A stretch of DNA of 64,000 nt from Octopus vulgaris (lineage: Eukaryota). The notes beneath the pieces are model-generated. The model was not told the DNA's origin. It saw nothing but the letters and a program-made list of their open reading frames with translations, and did no database searches. Positions 1-13,710 of the stretch are shown piece by piece. The position numbers were made by a program, and so were the translations under genes. Where the stretch lies: contig OX597815.1 in the NCBI GenBank assembly GCA_951406725.2, positions 78,678,001 through 78,742,000 of the forward strand. Direction: 5' to 3'. The number at the start of each line of letters is the position of its first letter. The first letter of the stretch is position 1.

Positions 1-2130
1 ACCACTGAGATTGATGGATGAGGAAGAGGTATCCTCAAACCAGAAACCTATTCTGAATACTTATTACAAAGTGTACTTCATTAAAGGCAGCTGCAAGGTG
101 CCAGTGTTAAACAGGGAAAGACTATTGTGACACTGCAATTTAAAGAAAACTAAGTGTATCACTTCAATGCATTTTCAAAATTTCTACTTATACTGGTACC
201 ATTACAGCTTTTGTATAATATGGGACAAATCATTAGATTCAGGAATAATAATCTCATCCTCCACTTCACACTCAAACCAAAACCTATGAAAATATCTAAG
301 AAAAATATTTCCTCTTCCATTTTTTCAAATATTTGCAATGTCTCGCCCAACAAATATCTCTACTATCCAAACTACACAGTATATTAAAACTTCTCTCTGA
401 AAGATGTGTTTGTATATATGTAGAACTCAATGTCCACACCACACACCCAGGTATCATGAATAAGGACTTCCAGTTGCTGTAACTCAGTTTCCCCTTTTTC
501 ATTCTTCTAAATTCCTCTATTCCTTCTACCCACTCTGAACATCATGTCAACAATAGGTGAATCAACACCCATTCCGCTTTAAGAATACTTATTTCACTTC
601 ACTTGTCTCTGAAATCATAACTGCCAGAAACTTCAATATTTACAACACCTCTTAGCACTTCATACTCCTCCTACATTGATGCTGCTGGTATAAATGCAGA
701 ATCTTTCACTATCTACAACAAATATATCCTCCTCTACACATATTCCTCACTAATACATTGACATCTTTAATCTCATTTCCAAACCCAGGCTCTATCAAAC
801 CCTTAACATCTCTGCTCTTATTGAGCTGTCCAATAATTAGCTAAATCCATATATTATGCAACTTCCCCTCTCCCCCAAAACTATCAACACTAGGACTTTA
901 TGGACCTTCAAATCAGCTGACTGATTGAGATTTGCTGGTTTTATGCTAATTAATCCTGATAAGAAATGTGGTTCCACCTTTGACCCATCAGAAACAGCTA
1001 AATAGTCAACTGAAACCATCCTCTTAGGTTTGTCTCTTTACAACCACCTTCTCCAAAGTGACAATCTATAACAGCTCCCATAGGACAGGATCTACTGAAG
1101 AACTGGTCTAGTATCTCACTCATCAGTAGTACCTCATACTCAAGAAATTTGACAAAAACAATGCCACTGATCTTGACATCAGCTAAAACAGCTGACATGA
1201 AAATCTTGCTAAATTTCTTACATATAGTCTTCCTCCAACTCATATTTTGGGTCGGTAGCTGCCTATTAGAATGCACTATCACATATGTGCAAAGATAGGT
1301 GGGGGGGATGTCATTTTGAATTTTACTCCAATTCAGATGTGCACTATAGTTATACTGCCTACACTCATCTTCTTGTACATAAACAATCTAATTGTTGTCA
1401 CCTCAAACAATGCTGATTCTTACACAGATGCCTCACTTCACTCCTTAACCTTCATCATACCTATGCAACTGAGACCCCTCAGCATCATCATCATTGTTCG
1501 ACCATGGTCGAGACAATGGAATTTATCATGCTACGCCAGACTTCATGGTCCATCATAGCATTACGGAGGTCCTGTTGCTGGATGCCTGTATCCCTGGAGA
1601 TTACATCAGGGTAGGATAGTGTGCGCCCTCTGGTATTGCGAGCAGGGTTAGGGTTTTGGATTGCCTCAAAAAATGGAGAACTTGGAAACATTCTTTAATG
1701 GAGATATGACAATCCTTCAAAGGCACAAAGACATGTCCACTACTAGTCTATGGCATCGTTCACTTAAAACCCTTGAATTTATTACAACAAAGCAAAAATT
1801 ACTGTCACATCTGGAGTGGCCCTGCTAAAACATCCTAGGTTATATACAAAAGGAAAACCATCCACTAGCATGGATTCACCCAAGTTTATTCACAGTACCT
1901 TTTAAACAGTATCCACTTAGCAGAGATAGCTAACCTCATACCACCTCTACGTATATCTATGCATTAGTTAGAGAAGCATACATGCAAACATCTAGTGTTA
2001 TCTAACTGCTGGACCATCCTTGTCTTTCCTGTCATTCTGTCTCCCTTCCTAGACTCCATACTAACCTACTATGTTTAATCCTTGCTCCATAGAACATCAA
2101 CCCATTGAACTTCCAACCAGCCATCAACTT
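1..2130 (+). mobile_element. Highly decayed non-LTR retrotransposon (CR1/L2/Jockey-like)
   Basis: C/A-rich strand with remnant peptides such as NFNIYN (endonuclease-like) and YCHIWSG (RT C-terminal-like); many stops. Confidence 0.4.
1482..1650 (-). mobile_element. Short RTE LINE 3'-end insertion with (TGA)n tail
   Basis: RGRTLSYPDVISRDTG...AMMDHEVWRSMI followed by tgatgatgatg. Confidence 0.65.
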
Positions 2131-5100
2131 GCAGTTGCTCAAGAACATTTTCTCATTTTTATAAATTTTCACTGCCATATTTAAATAACAAAATTTGAAA
2201 ACGTCATATTTGGAATGCTTAATTTGTATGTTAAAAAAAAGTATTAAACTTCATTTTTATTTCTTTTTGCTTACAAAATTTAACAGAGTTTATGGCACAA
2301 GTTATAAAATCTTAAAAAGTATTGAATTTTTAAAAATAATTACAGAAAACTTATATTGCTTGTAAGACAATATATGAGGCTATGAAGCTCACTTTACAAC
2401 CACATAGTTTCAGATTCAGTCCAGTTAGTTGTTCAGCACCTTGGGCAAGTGTATTCTACAATAGTCCCAAGTCAACCAATGCCTTATGAGTGAATTTAGT
2501 AGATGGAAACTTTGTAGAAATCCACTGTGTGTGTATGTGCATGTGTGTGAGTTTTGTTCCTTCCCTTCTTTGCTTGAAAACCAGTGTTAGTTTGTTTATG
2601 TCCATATAATAATTTGCCAAAAGCAACTGCTAGAATAAATACCAAACCTTAAAAAGAATAAAAACCAAGTACTGGAGCTAATTTGATTGACTAAACCCTT
2701 TAAGGCAGTGCTCAAGCATGGCTGCCATCCAATGACCAAAACAGGATAAAAGATCACATAATACCACACTTGTTTCAACATGTATATTGATCTCATTCTC
2801 TACACTCATTCTCAATTCTAAAAACATTATTTCAACTAACTGAATATTATTCCTAACCTCACACAAGCTAGATAAGTACACACAGCATACATTTATACTT
2901 CCTCTTGTGTTATCTAGTCTGGAAAGCCAAACTTTCAAAAGATGTAATACAATATCCAACCCAGTTTAACCCCACTGCCTGGTCATTGGGTACTTTTAGT
3001 AGAATTTATTCCATTAAAAGCAGACACCCCAACCCTGCATATATTAATGCTTAATATCAGCCACATTAATCCCACCAAAGACTTCTTGCAAAGATCAAGG
3101 AAACTGCATCTCTACCTTTGACTACAATATTTATTTAAAAAAATATAATTTAATTTAAAAACTACCACTTCTCAGCTCTTCCTCAGCCTCTTTGTTTTCC
3201 ATGTAATCTCAGCAACAAATCTCTTATCCATTTTCTTTACATCTTAATACTAATGATATTGTCTATTTTGCATACAATGACTAATGCTTCTAAAGCAAAT
3301 ATATTTCTCACATTATGCTATTTGACCTTTAGGCATTCTGATATATTATTGTCATCATTATATAAACAAAGCATTTGTTTCATTTCAGTCCCCATGTCTT
3401 CATTTTTACATCCACTTTTTCCTTGCTAGTATGGGTTGGACAACACTTATACGAAGCAGTATGCTACTGTTGGATGCCTTTCCTGTTGCTAACACATACC
3501 CATTTAAGTAAAATACTATTATTCTACTAGTTTTTACATGTTGTAACTGCCAAGTGACAAAGTTACAAGAAACAGTGACAGGACATCACTTCCAGTGCAA
3601 CGTGTCATACATTAGCATGGGGAAAGTAATTATTCACACACACACAAGCACTTAATACACTGACACACAAACACATAAGTTTTCATTTGCTAACTTCACT
3701 CATAAGGTATTGGTTAGCCCAAGACTATAAATGAAGATACTTGCACAAGGTGTCAAAGAGTAGCCACATATTTGCAAATGAACTCTGTATTCACACCACC
3801 ATATCTACATGTATAGTGGAGTGTATCCACACTCCAAGTTAGAATACACAATGTTGGGTTTAAAACTAATTCCATTACAGTCTGTCAAAGTTTTGCATCA
3901 GTTGACATTGAAATCAACAACATGAAGCACAAGAAGATTAGGCAGATGTTTAATGAGGATGCAGATCAGAAAAGATAAACAGTCTGCAGAACTTGAAACA
4001 AAAAAGTAAAATATAACTCACTGGGTGTTTAACATTAACTTGGGCATTGAAGGAATCAGCTGATGTATACAGAATAATCAACTACACTAGAATGGACATG
4101 TAATCCAAAAGGATGCTGAGTGCTAGACAAAAAAAGTTGTATGCAGATAGTAGAAGGTCCTCAAAGAGATAAAAATATCAAAAGAAAACTGACAAGATTA
4201 AGATATATAGACAATATAACAGGATCAAGGTATATGTGCCCTATTGCAGATCCATCCAACTCACAGGCATTAATATGCTGATGTTTAATCCTTTTGATAT
4301 CAACCCATCTGAGACCATCCCTACTTCTATAATATAAACTTCCTGCATTAAAAAATGATCTAAATTTAAACCTGCCACCAAAATTTCATGTTAATTTGTA
4401 TTCCAGACACCACATTAACAATGAAAGATATTTTACTAAATCTGTTTTCAAAATTAACTGAACCAATGTAATGTATTTCAATAGATATATAGTAACAAAA
4501 GGGTGAGTAGGAAAAAATAATTTCGTATAACAAATATGAGGACTGGTGTTGGATAATGTTTATAAGAGTTTCAACAAGACAAGTTGTTAGATTTATGGCC
4601 TACTAGTTAAAAGATTAACGGTTCATAAAACATTACTACTGTTGCTGCACTATGTCCTTGACAATGACAAAGTTTGGCTTAAATCCTTTTAGCGAGTTGG
4701 AGAATTGATGGATGAAAATAATGGCCTGATTATTCATTGGAACAGTTAATGCACACAAGTTTACAGCAAACTGGTCAATATAAAATATAATCATGCCAAA
4801 ATACAAAACTAGCTAAATGAATAAAACTATATACTTCATGTGCTAATAATAAATGTCATGCAAGGACACTTCACCAAAATATCAACATGATCTAGCTCCA
4901 ATTACCTAATAATTACAAAAATACAGCCATATACCTTTCCTGTCATTAACCTTCACCTGCTCTTAGTAAAGTAATATTTCTCCATGGCTAAACATATATT
5001 CACAAAAGATTGGAAACAATGGACACTGCTTGCATAAAGGTAATATTCATTTACAACTAGTGTGTGACAATAAAAAATGAGGATAACTGCATAAAGAGGT

Positions 5101-6999
5101 GCTGAGCTCTAATTGTAGAGGGAAACTGTTGAAAGGGTAGACCCAGGAAGACATGAGGCAAAGTGGTGAGAAAGGATTTTCAGACGCTGAGCCTGAGGAA
5201 AAGACAAGGGACTGGGAGATGTAGCAATTTGCTGTACTTGATAAGACACATCAAGTTAAATAAAATTGCTGTCTTCCACACACAGAGTGGTACCACACAC
5301 CTTTCAGGTGCAGGTGTCACTTAAAAAGCACCCATAGCAGTGCTGCATAAATGCACCCATGCTGGTAGCACATAAAAATCACCCAGCACACCCAAGTGGT
5401 TGATGCTAGGAAGGGCTTCTAGCTGTAGAAACCATGCCTCAACAGACAGCTGGAATTTGGACAGTTCCCTGCTACCAGCTTCATATAAAACCGTCCAACC
5501 CATGCCAGCATGGAAAGCAAATGTTAAACGATGATGAAGATGATGATGACATCTATATATAATGGGCTTCTTTCAGTTTCCATCTTCCAAATCCATTCAC
5601 AAAGCTTTGATCAGCCTGGGGCTATAGTAGAAAACATTTGCCAAAAGGGATATGCAGGAAAAACATGTCACTGGAAAGCAAACTTACCACACAACCATGC
5701 TTGTACTTCAATATTCTATCATATTCCTTTATTTGTAAATTGGGGAAGAAAAGGCAATACCTACAATCTGTTAAGAAAGGACAGATACAACAGTGAGAAC
5801 TGTTGCATAGCTAGTCAAGGAATTTCAAAATGATCAGACATATATTTCTATTTCCTTGCGAAAGAAAGGTGAGCAAGATTCATAAGTTGGGAACAAATGG
5901 GTTAGACTTCCGATGAAAAATTAAGACCTTATTACTGTCATTATTGCTTCAGACTGCTTAGATAGCAAGCAATACAATAACCACTTAATTAACCAAGGCT
6001 GGGGGTGCAATATATTTTAAAGCATTCGCAAATAATAAATATTCCAATTCATAGAGGCTACATAAAAAAAAGACATAACAAAAACATTTAACTGTTTTTT
6101 ATGTGTACTTCTTTCTAGTTTTTGTTTCGTAACCAACCCAGCTGAAACCGACTCTGGCTTTGAGTACAAATGTCTTATTTTCATAAGTTTTGAATTAAAA
6201 TCTCCCGCCAAACCTTAGTCACAATTTACGTTCCTAACACTAGCTGAAAGATAACTAAGTTATTTTACTAAATTCTTTGTTACATTTAAAGTAATTGAAA
6301 GAAACACAGAGCTTCTCAAAATAAATACAGTAATGAAAAGGTTAAAAGTGATATTGTACACTTTCCCCCAATCTGTCATGGCTTACCAACTTTACCTATG
6401 GAAAATAGAATGTAAAACATGAAAATATAAAATAAATTATGAACTTTCATGCTTTATGGCTCTATGTAGGCCTACTGGAGCAAAGCTTTTATAATTGTCT
6501 ACAAAGGGGTTGCATTGTTACGCTCTTAATATTTTGACCTACAAGAAATAGCAGACAAATCTTTAAATCACATCCTTCAGCCTTAAAAAGGTCACCTTGG
6601 AATAATATAGTCTTACAGACCTCTAAAAATGATGGAAGGGTCATAGCTGGAATACCACTGATCATATGTCTCCTTGGTCAGGGCTGACCAAGGGCTAAAT
6701 AACCAATAACTTCCGATACTTGTGTGCACATGCATGTATGTCCTAAAAACAATGAATATAATTTTGTATATTATACGACAAGAATCTTTACAAAAATTTA
6801 TATCACAAAATGAAGCCAATCTCCAGTTGCTGCAACAATGAGGAAAAGCTACTATTGCAATTAAGTATATAACAACAAAAAATGCTGTGCAAGAAGCCCC
6901 CTCCTTATATAATCCACTGGTTTTAGTGTAGAAGTAGAAAAAATTTGTTGAAATCAGAGACAGTTCATAAAATTATAGGCGTTTTTTGAGCATGTAAAA

Positions 7000-8365
7000 T
7001 GTAGCTGACATGATTGCAGATGTGCAGGAACAATAAGTGCTAAGAACAGAAATTAGACTTTCCCAAATGCCCAGGAGGCTCTCTTAAGCTTGAAGATGGT
7101 TTCTGTTACTTAGGTGACCAAATTAACAGTAGTGGGGGCTCTTGCCAGAATAAGAACAGGATGGAAGCTCAGAGGCCTATTACCTCTGTTGGCAAGAAAA
7201 GGACTCTCCCTCAAAATGAAAGGCAAACTGTATAATGGCTATACTCCATGGAGTGAGATATGGGCTTTGAATGCACAAGACAGGTGTAGACTAAAGGGAA
7301 TAAAGCTAGTATGCTCCAATGGATATGCAACATCAGTGTGCATGTACAACAAAGTGTAAATATGCTAAGAGAAAAGATGGGCATAAGAGGAATCAGATGC
7401 AACATGCAAGCAAGAAGACTATGCTGACTTGAACATGTGATACGTATGAATGAAGACAGCTGTATAAAGTGCTGATCACTTAAAGCGGATGGTACCTGTG
7501 GTAGAGGGAAACCCAGGAAGATATGGGATGAAGTAGTGAGGACCGATCTCAAGGTGTTGGGCCTCACAGCAGAGCTGACAATATGAGGTTCTTGAGAAGA
7601 CCTGTCCACCTCAACGAAACTGAGTTCTGTGAATGCTGTGTCCCACCCATGTGTAATATTAAATTTTTCACACACACTACCCCAATAAATATAACTACAT
7701 CTTTTCTCTTCCTCATATTTCCTCTTTTTCATGCACTATTCCTGCAGCCCAATCCTGTCCTCCCAGCCCTACCCATAGTATCATTGCTATCCTGTTGTCC
7801 CCACCCCTACACACCCAGGTTTCACTAGTTACTGCATCCCCCTACCCCACTGGCCATTTTGCATTCACATGAACTCCCTACTCATGCACCCTTGGCAATG
7901 CTCTACCATTTCATTTATATTCTCATCCCTGCACTATGTGAATATGCCCTGGCACATCGCCATCATCTCTATTGCTCTTTCTCACCTTTACACTCTCTTC
8001 CATTCTTGTTCTCTCTCACTTTCTGATTGGGTTTATCATATATCTCCTCTACAACTAGACACCCATTTCTATCCTTCTGCCATATTCTAACCTCTCATCA
8101 CCTGGCAAAGAGCCATCTCCTTCAATACTACCATCCCTCTCAAAGGATCGTTGTCTTGCAAGGTGCTTGGTGACTTTGCCAGTGCTGGTGCCAAGTAAAG
8201 AGCACATAGTCCACTCTGTAAAGTGGTTGACATTTGGAAGGGCATCAAACTGTAAAAACCATGCCAAAACAGACACTGCAGCTTGGTGCAATCCTCTGGC
8301 TTGCCAGCTCCTGTCAAACCTTCCAACCAATGCCAGTATGTAAGATGAACATTAAATGATGATAA
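7000..8365 (+). mobile_element. Decayed RTE LINE 3' portion with 3' UTR and tail
   Basis: ARIRTGWK..LLPLL..KGLSLKMKGKLY and GTCGRGKPRKIWDEVV; same terminal sequence as the 58.8-60.3 kb copy. Confidence 0.8.
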
Positions 8366-11300
8366 TGAATACATTACTGTTAGTTTTTAATGAACCACAT
8401 CAGTTAATCTGATTTTATATTTGTGGAGAATTTAAACTAAGAAGCTAAAAAACTTAATCATTATTTTTGTTTTAACAAAAAAATTTACCAAAAGCAATAC
8501 GATATTCTTTTTCTGCTGGATGACTGAAGTTGGATTGCTGATAAACCACAGAAAAATATAAAACTGATGAACCAATGGGAAGAGGGAGTAGTCACTTGAT
8601 GAAATATTAGCAAAATTACCTTCAAATAATACTCTTCTTTCCAGAAAAAGAAGCATGCTGGATAATGAAGTCCAAGATTTTTGCGAAGGGCAAAAGGATC
8701 ATAGTTGAACGTCTCTGACCAGAAGTTTTCTCAATCACAAAATTGATGAGGTGACAAATGTTAGGTTTTTACATTTATAATTTAAGACCTTATTTACACA
8801 TCCTCTTATTAATCCTATAAGTCTGCCCACTCCATTTATTTATTCTAACCATTTCTCTTACTCTGAACACAGAGGGGACAAAATACAATGTAGAGCTTTT
8901 CTTTTGAAGAAAGAAAAAGGAGAAAGATAAAATTTCGATCAAAAGGGACCATAAAAAAAAAGCGCCAATTGAAAGGGATCGCGTATCACAGAAAATATTG
9001 TAAATGTTACAAAAAAGAAAAAACATTAGGTTTGTCCATGGAAAGAAAAGCCTATGGAAAAGACTCAGGCAATAATGTCCTACAAAGACATTACAGTAAG
9101 TAACTCTTTTTTCCTTTCTTTCCCTCATTCCTAGGATTATGCTCAAGGTGGCTCCGTCATTCATACATGCCATCCTTGCTACATTTACAGATAGATAAGC
9201 ACAAGCATAGCAGTGTGGTTAAGAAGTCTGCTTCCTAATCATGTGGTCTCAAGTGCATTCCCAGTGAATAGATTTGGTATATGGAAACTGAAATTGTGTG
9301 TGTGTGTCCTGACATAATGTAGTAAACAAGCATCACCATCATACAAGTGATGTTCGATTCCAGACTTACAGAGCCCAGCTATAAGAAATATTACCTTGCT
9401 TGGGCAATGTTTTGGTATTAGTAAATGATGTCAGTCCTGTGTGTGTATGTATGCAGAAGTTTATGTTGGACTGTTCAGCTCTGTAGAGCAGATGAAACAC
9501 GTCACACACTCACTCACTACATCATAGGCTTTTATCAAAAGATAGCCCCTTCCTTGGACACAGGTAAGAGGTGGTGATAAGAGCATCTGACCCATGCAAG
9601 TATGGAAAACAACATTAAATGATGTTGACAATATAAATATACACACATATATATATACATCATGTGGAAGTTCAGCACTGAGATTGAGTCCCATCACTTC
9701 TTCCTCAACACTCATTGCATCATGTCCATACTAGTGCAGTCATCACTGCTGTGTATATTAGCCATTACCTTGTTCATCTGGCTGCTCTCTTAGTTCATTT
9801 GTGCTCCACCTTTGAATCAAGTAAACAGTACACACTCACTTTTCTTCAGGCTCTATATTCAATATTCAGGTCTCACTGCACAAGAAATTGCTAGAATCAT
9901 TAGTTGAAAGAAAATGCTCGCAATATTTAGTTACAGCCTTTATATTTGAAGCTCAAATTTTGCTGAAGTCAACTTTGTTATCGAGGGAGGGGGGTTTAAA
10001 ATAGCATACCAGTCAAGTACTGGAGTTAATTTAATATTCATATAAAGCGCCTTAAAATGTGAATGGAATTATAATGAAGTGCTAAAACTGACACACTGCC
10101 TCACATGTTGTCTGCAGTCGAAAAAGAAACGTGCATCTTTTGGTTACCAATCTTTTACATTTTGACAAAATATCAGCAGTTTTTGGTCCTTATTTTTTTA
10201 CTTCGCTGTGAAATTCGGTTATTTACCACCTTCCCGGGTCATTTTTCACAATAATTCCTATTACTATATATTCAATAATTATCGAACCTTTTTCTAACAT
10301 CTTTTTTTTTATATATATTTTGACAAAATGATTTATACTTATAGATAATATCTAATTTTTAAAGCTTATATATAAAAATCACTGAAAAGTTCGTTTATAG
10401 ACCACCATGAACTGTGTTATTCCATGCATAGATCAATATTCGGAAGCAGATTCATTCTAGTTGTGCTTTCTTTGTAAGTTATCCCAATGGAAAGCACGTT
10501 TTAAGCAAATCTCATCCGTTATTTTATATGAGTTTACAATTATTACGGCAAAAAAAAGTGAGTGGGGGAATAACTTTTTTGTTTTTGTGCTTTTTCACTC
10601 GCATAAAGAGTTGCATTTTGTATTTCATTCATGGAATGAAACAGAATGAGGACGAAGTTTCTAAATTGGTATAAATGACAATATCACAAAAGCTGTCTAA
10701 AAATTAATACTATAAGATGTCTCTAATCAGTATAAAATCAGCCTACAATGACGAGATTCTTTTCAGGACGAAAATAGAAAATCAAATTCCTGAATAATGC
10801 TTTTAAAATAAAAGAATCTTGGTTTCCTGTTTCATTTATTCACGATGAAGTAACAATTAACGGTAAAGTCACTACTGAGTATTAACTTGAATTAACTATA
10901 TAACGTTGTCAACTAAAACATTTAGTCACTCGTTTTCCATAAATTACCTGTCAAAGAAGGGGTTTTAAGAGGAATCGGTAATTTCACGAATTACCGTATT
11001 CTTATTTGGAGTTAATACGATCGATTAAAGTCCTCATAGTAAAATATCAATGAACTTTCGTTGACTACAGTTCGCTGATCAAGTCTGATAACATTTGGCA
11101 TGTAACAACATTAGCAAAAACCAACACCACAATTGATATTTCACAAATCACACGTAAATCACATTAGGGACAGTTATTATCGATCAACTAATCTTTCGAT
11201 AGAGATGGCCAATACAGTACAGCGCCAGACTAAATGCATTGCTAGGTTTACATCGACTTTGCCGTTTATCCCCCCAGACGGAAGTACAAATATTCAATCA

Positions 11301-11820
11301 TCTATAACATCCCACAATTAACAGTTGTGTTTTAGTCAACATATCAAACCATAAGCTGTTGAAAGGTACAAAGATTAAACATTAACTACTGTTAGTGCTA
11401 ATTAGACAGTAAAATAAATCACGCCTAGTTTTAATAAGAGTACCGAGGAAATGTGTGACATATCCATCTTGTGATGTGAATCAAATCGGTGGAATAAAGG
11501 AATCCAGGTACTGCATTTAATTATTTTTTTAAATACATTAAAAGCTACTTCTTCAGAATCATGAAATAAAAGAAACAAGAAATAATAATATAGGTAGAAA
11601 TTACCAACGATTGATTAATTGCAAAACCAACAAAATAACTCAGGTACCAATTTCCCAATTTTATTATAGAATTATAGATAAATTAAAAATGGGTGTGTTC
11701 GTGTGTGTATGTATATATATACACACACACATACAGTGCTCTTAAGTGTAACTTATAATACTTCGTTTTTTGGATTTGGTTTGCAAGATTCTTTATATGA
11801 GTTCGTGTGTTGAAGCATAT

Positions 11821-11981
11821 TCTGTTGTGTCTGGGGAGTCATTCTCTTTTAGTGCCTTATTATTTAACACACTCACCGGTAAAATTTATATTCAAAAATA
11901 AGAAATAAGTGAAAATTTTACCGGTGAGTGTGTTACATAATAAGGCACTAAAAGAGAATGACTCTCCCCAGACACAACAGA
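11821..11981. repeat. Near-perfect inverted repeat, ~67-bp arms
   Basis: tctgttgtgtctggggagtcattctcttttagtgccttatt...accggtaaaattt and its reverse complement. Confidence 0.9.
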
Positions 11982-12786
11982 TTATAAAAATACAACTGAA
12001 TCAAATGAATAAAAAAAATGGAATGGTTGAGTGGATGAGATAAGAGCAGGATTAATAAAGGCGTGGTCAGATGTAAAGAACAAACGCACCATCCAGACAC
12101 AGCAAGCCGATACATAACGTAAACAGAGGTACGGGCCGCTAAATCATGTGGTACTTAGCCTAAACTCAAAAATATAAATCTTCGGAAGCTAACTGGACCA
12201 TGTCATAACTTTAACTAAGCCTCTATCCAGGTAAGAGAAGAGAGGAACAAATACATTAAGATTATGATAGGTAAGAGAAGAGAGGAACAAATGCATTAAG
12301 ATTATGCTGAGTTTACAAAACTGAGGTGTGTACTTATGTTTCCGAAGGAATATGTGCCACATATACAAAATTATAATTAAAACACTGTCGCCGTTCGTGC
12401 TGACATGTAATAAACGTTTATAAACATAAATTATTTAAGCTACTCAAGTCCAAAAGGGTATACGTGTTGTCATCTACACTAGAACAACTAAAAATATTGG
12501 AAATTCAAATACATTTCTCGACAAACATTGGATTAGAAAATTAAAGGTCAAATGTAATCAATTTTCTGAAAGACTTCTCCAGGGTTACCGACCAACGTCT
12601 AACAAATAAAATGCCAGTATAATTAACACGAACGTTGAAGGAAAAAACATATTTCGCGAGAGAATTTTCGGCCCGTAGAAAAAAAAAAGTATAAATATAA
12701 TTATAAAAACCATACAAAAAAAGACAACATGAGTTAAAACCTGAAGATATAAGGTAGGAAGTAAAAAAGAAATAAAATGTACAAAC

Positions 12787-12849
12787 TTTTTTCCTTGCAG
12801 CTGCTAATTTATCCTTCTTCGATAATGTCGAAGAAACAACATCTGCCAT
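12787..12849 (-). CDS. GOLGA2: First coding exon of a GM130/golgin A2-like gene: MADVVSSTLSKKDKLAAARKK
   Basis: ATG in context caaaATGG, phase-0 donor gtttgt. KLAAARKK matches the GM130 N-terminal KLAAAKKK motif, and the region is locally CpG-rich. Only 21 aa are visible; I found no convincing exon 2 in the window. Confidence 0.7.
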
Positions 12850-13099
12850 TTTGCTTGCCACACACTAAACTTCTCTGTTGATTTTGACACGACGCATTCA
12901 TTGCAGGACCGCATTTAAGTCGGCTCATTACAACAAAACAGTGAATAATTCAACACATCTAAAACAATATTTCTTAATATAGAAAAATTATAAAATGGTT
13001 TATTTTACACAAATTGTTTAGCTTTTAGGAAGATATATATATTTTTAAATAAATATTTTGTAGTTAGGCGTAACTAGGATGAAGTTAAAGTGGTGATAT

Positions 13100-13110
13100 C
13101 TGATTGGTTA
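13100..13110 (-). promoter_or_regulatory. CCAAT box (TAACCAATCAG) about 250 bp upstream of the golgin ATG
   Basis: Good match to the NF-Y consensus, lying within a CpG-retaining, promoter-like stretch (~10100-13500). Confidence 0.4.
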
Positions 13111-13344
13111 GTTTGCTGTTACACATAACACGCCTGCAATGACATTTACATCAAAGTTTGAGTTTCAAGAATTACTGTAAACCTTAAATTATCTCAACAG
13201 AAAAGAAAACTGTATTTCACTTTGTCTGAAAACATTATGTGATATATAGCATATGTTTTACACTTGATATCCTGTATACATTCACTTTCCGAACTACAGT
13301 TTTCCACAAACGCCTAATGCGTTAAACCGGTACACATGCATATA

Positions 13345-13710
13345 CTCTTACTTGTTTCCGTCATTTGACTGCGGCCATGCTGGAGCACTTCCTTTAGTCG
13401 AGCAAATCGACCCTAGGACTTATTCTTTGTAAGTCCAGTACTTATTCTATCGGTCTCTTTTCCCGAACCGCTAAGTTACGGGGACATAAACACACCAGCA
13501 TCATTTGTCAAGCGATGTTGGGGGGACAAACACAGACACAAACATATACAAAAACATACATACATATATATACCTCAGGCTTCCTTCAGTTTCCGTCTAC
13601 CAAATCCACTCACAAGGCTTTGGTTGGCCTGAGACTATAGTAGAAGACACTTACCCAAGGTGCCACGCAGTGGGACAGAACCCGGAACTATGTGGTTGGT
13701 AAGCAAGCTA
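13345..13710 (-). mobile_element. tRNA-derived SINE family 1, well-preserved copy
   Basis: Shared core caccttgggcaagtgtcttctactatag...aaagccttgtgagtggatttggtagacggaaactgaa. Other copies at about 2380, 3670, 5560, 9200, 16530, 19740, 29350, 36500, 37110, 45361, 51200, 52400, 53150 and 61670. Confidence 0.85.

Noticed and set aside
8489-8537. Possible 49-nt golgin exon on minus (tttatcag...gtaaat)
   Set aside because: Not frame-preserving and does not give the expected LKxFQ-like continuation in phase 0.
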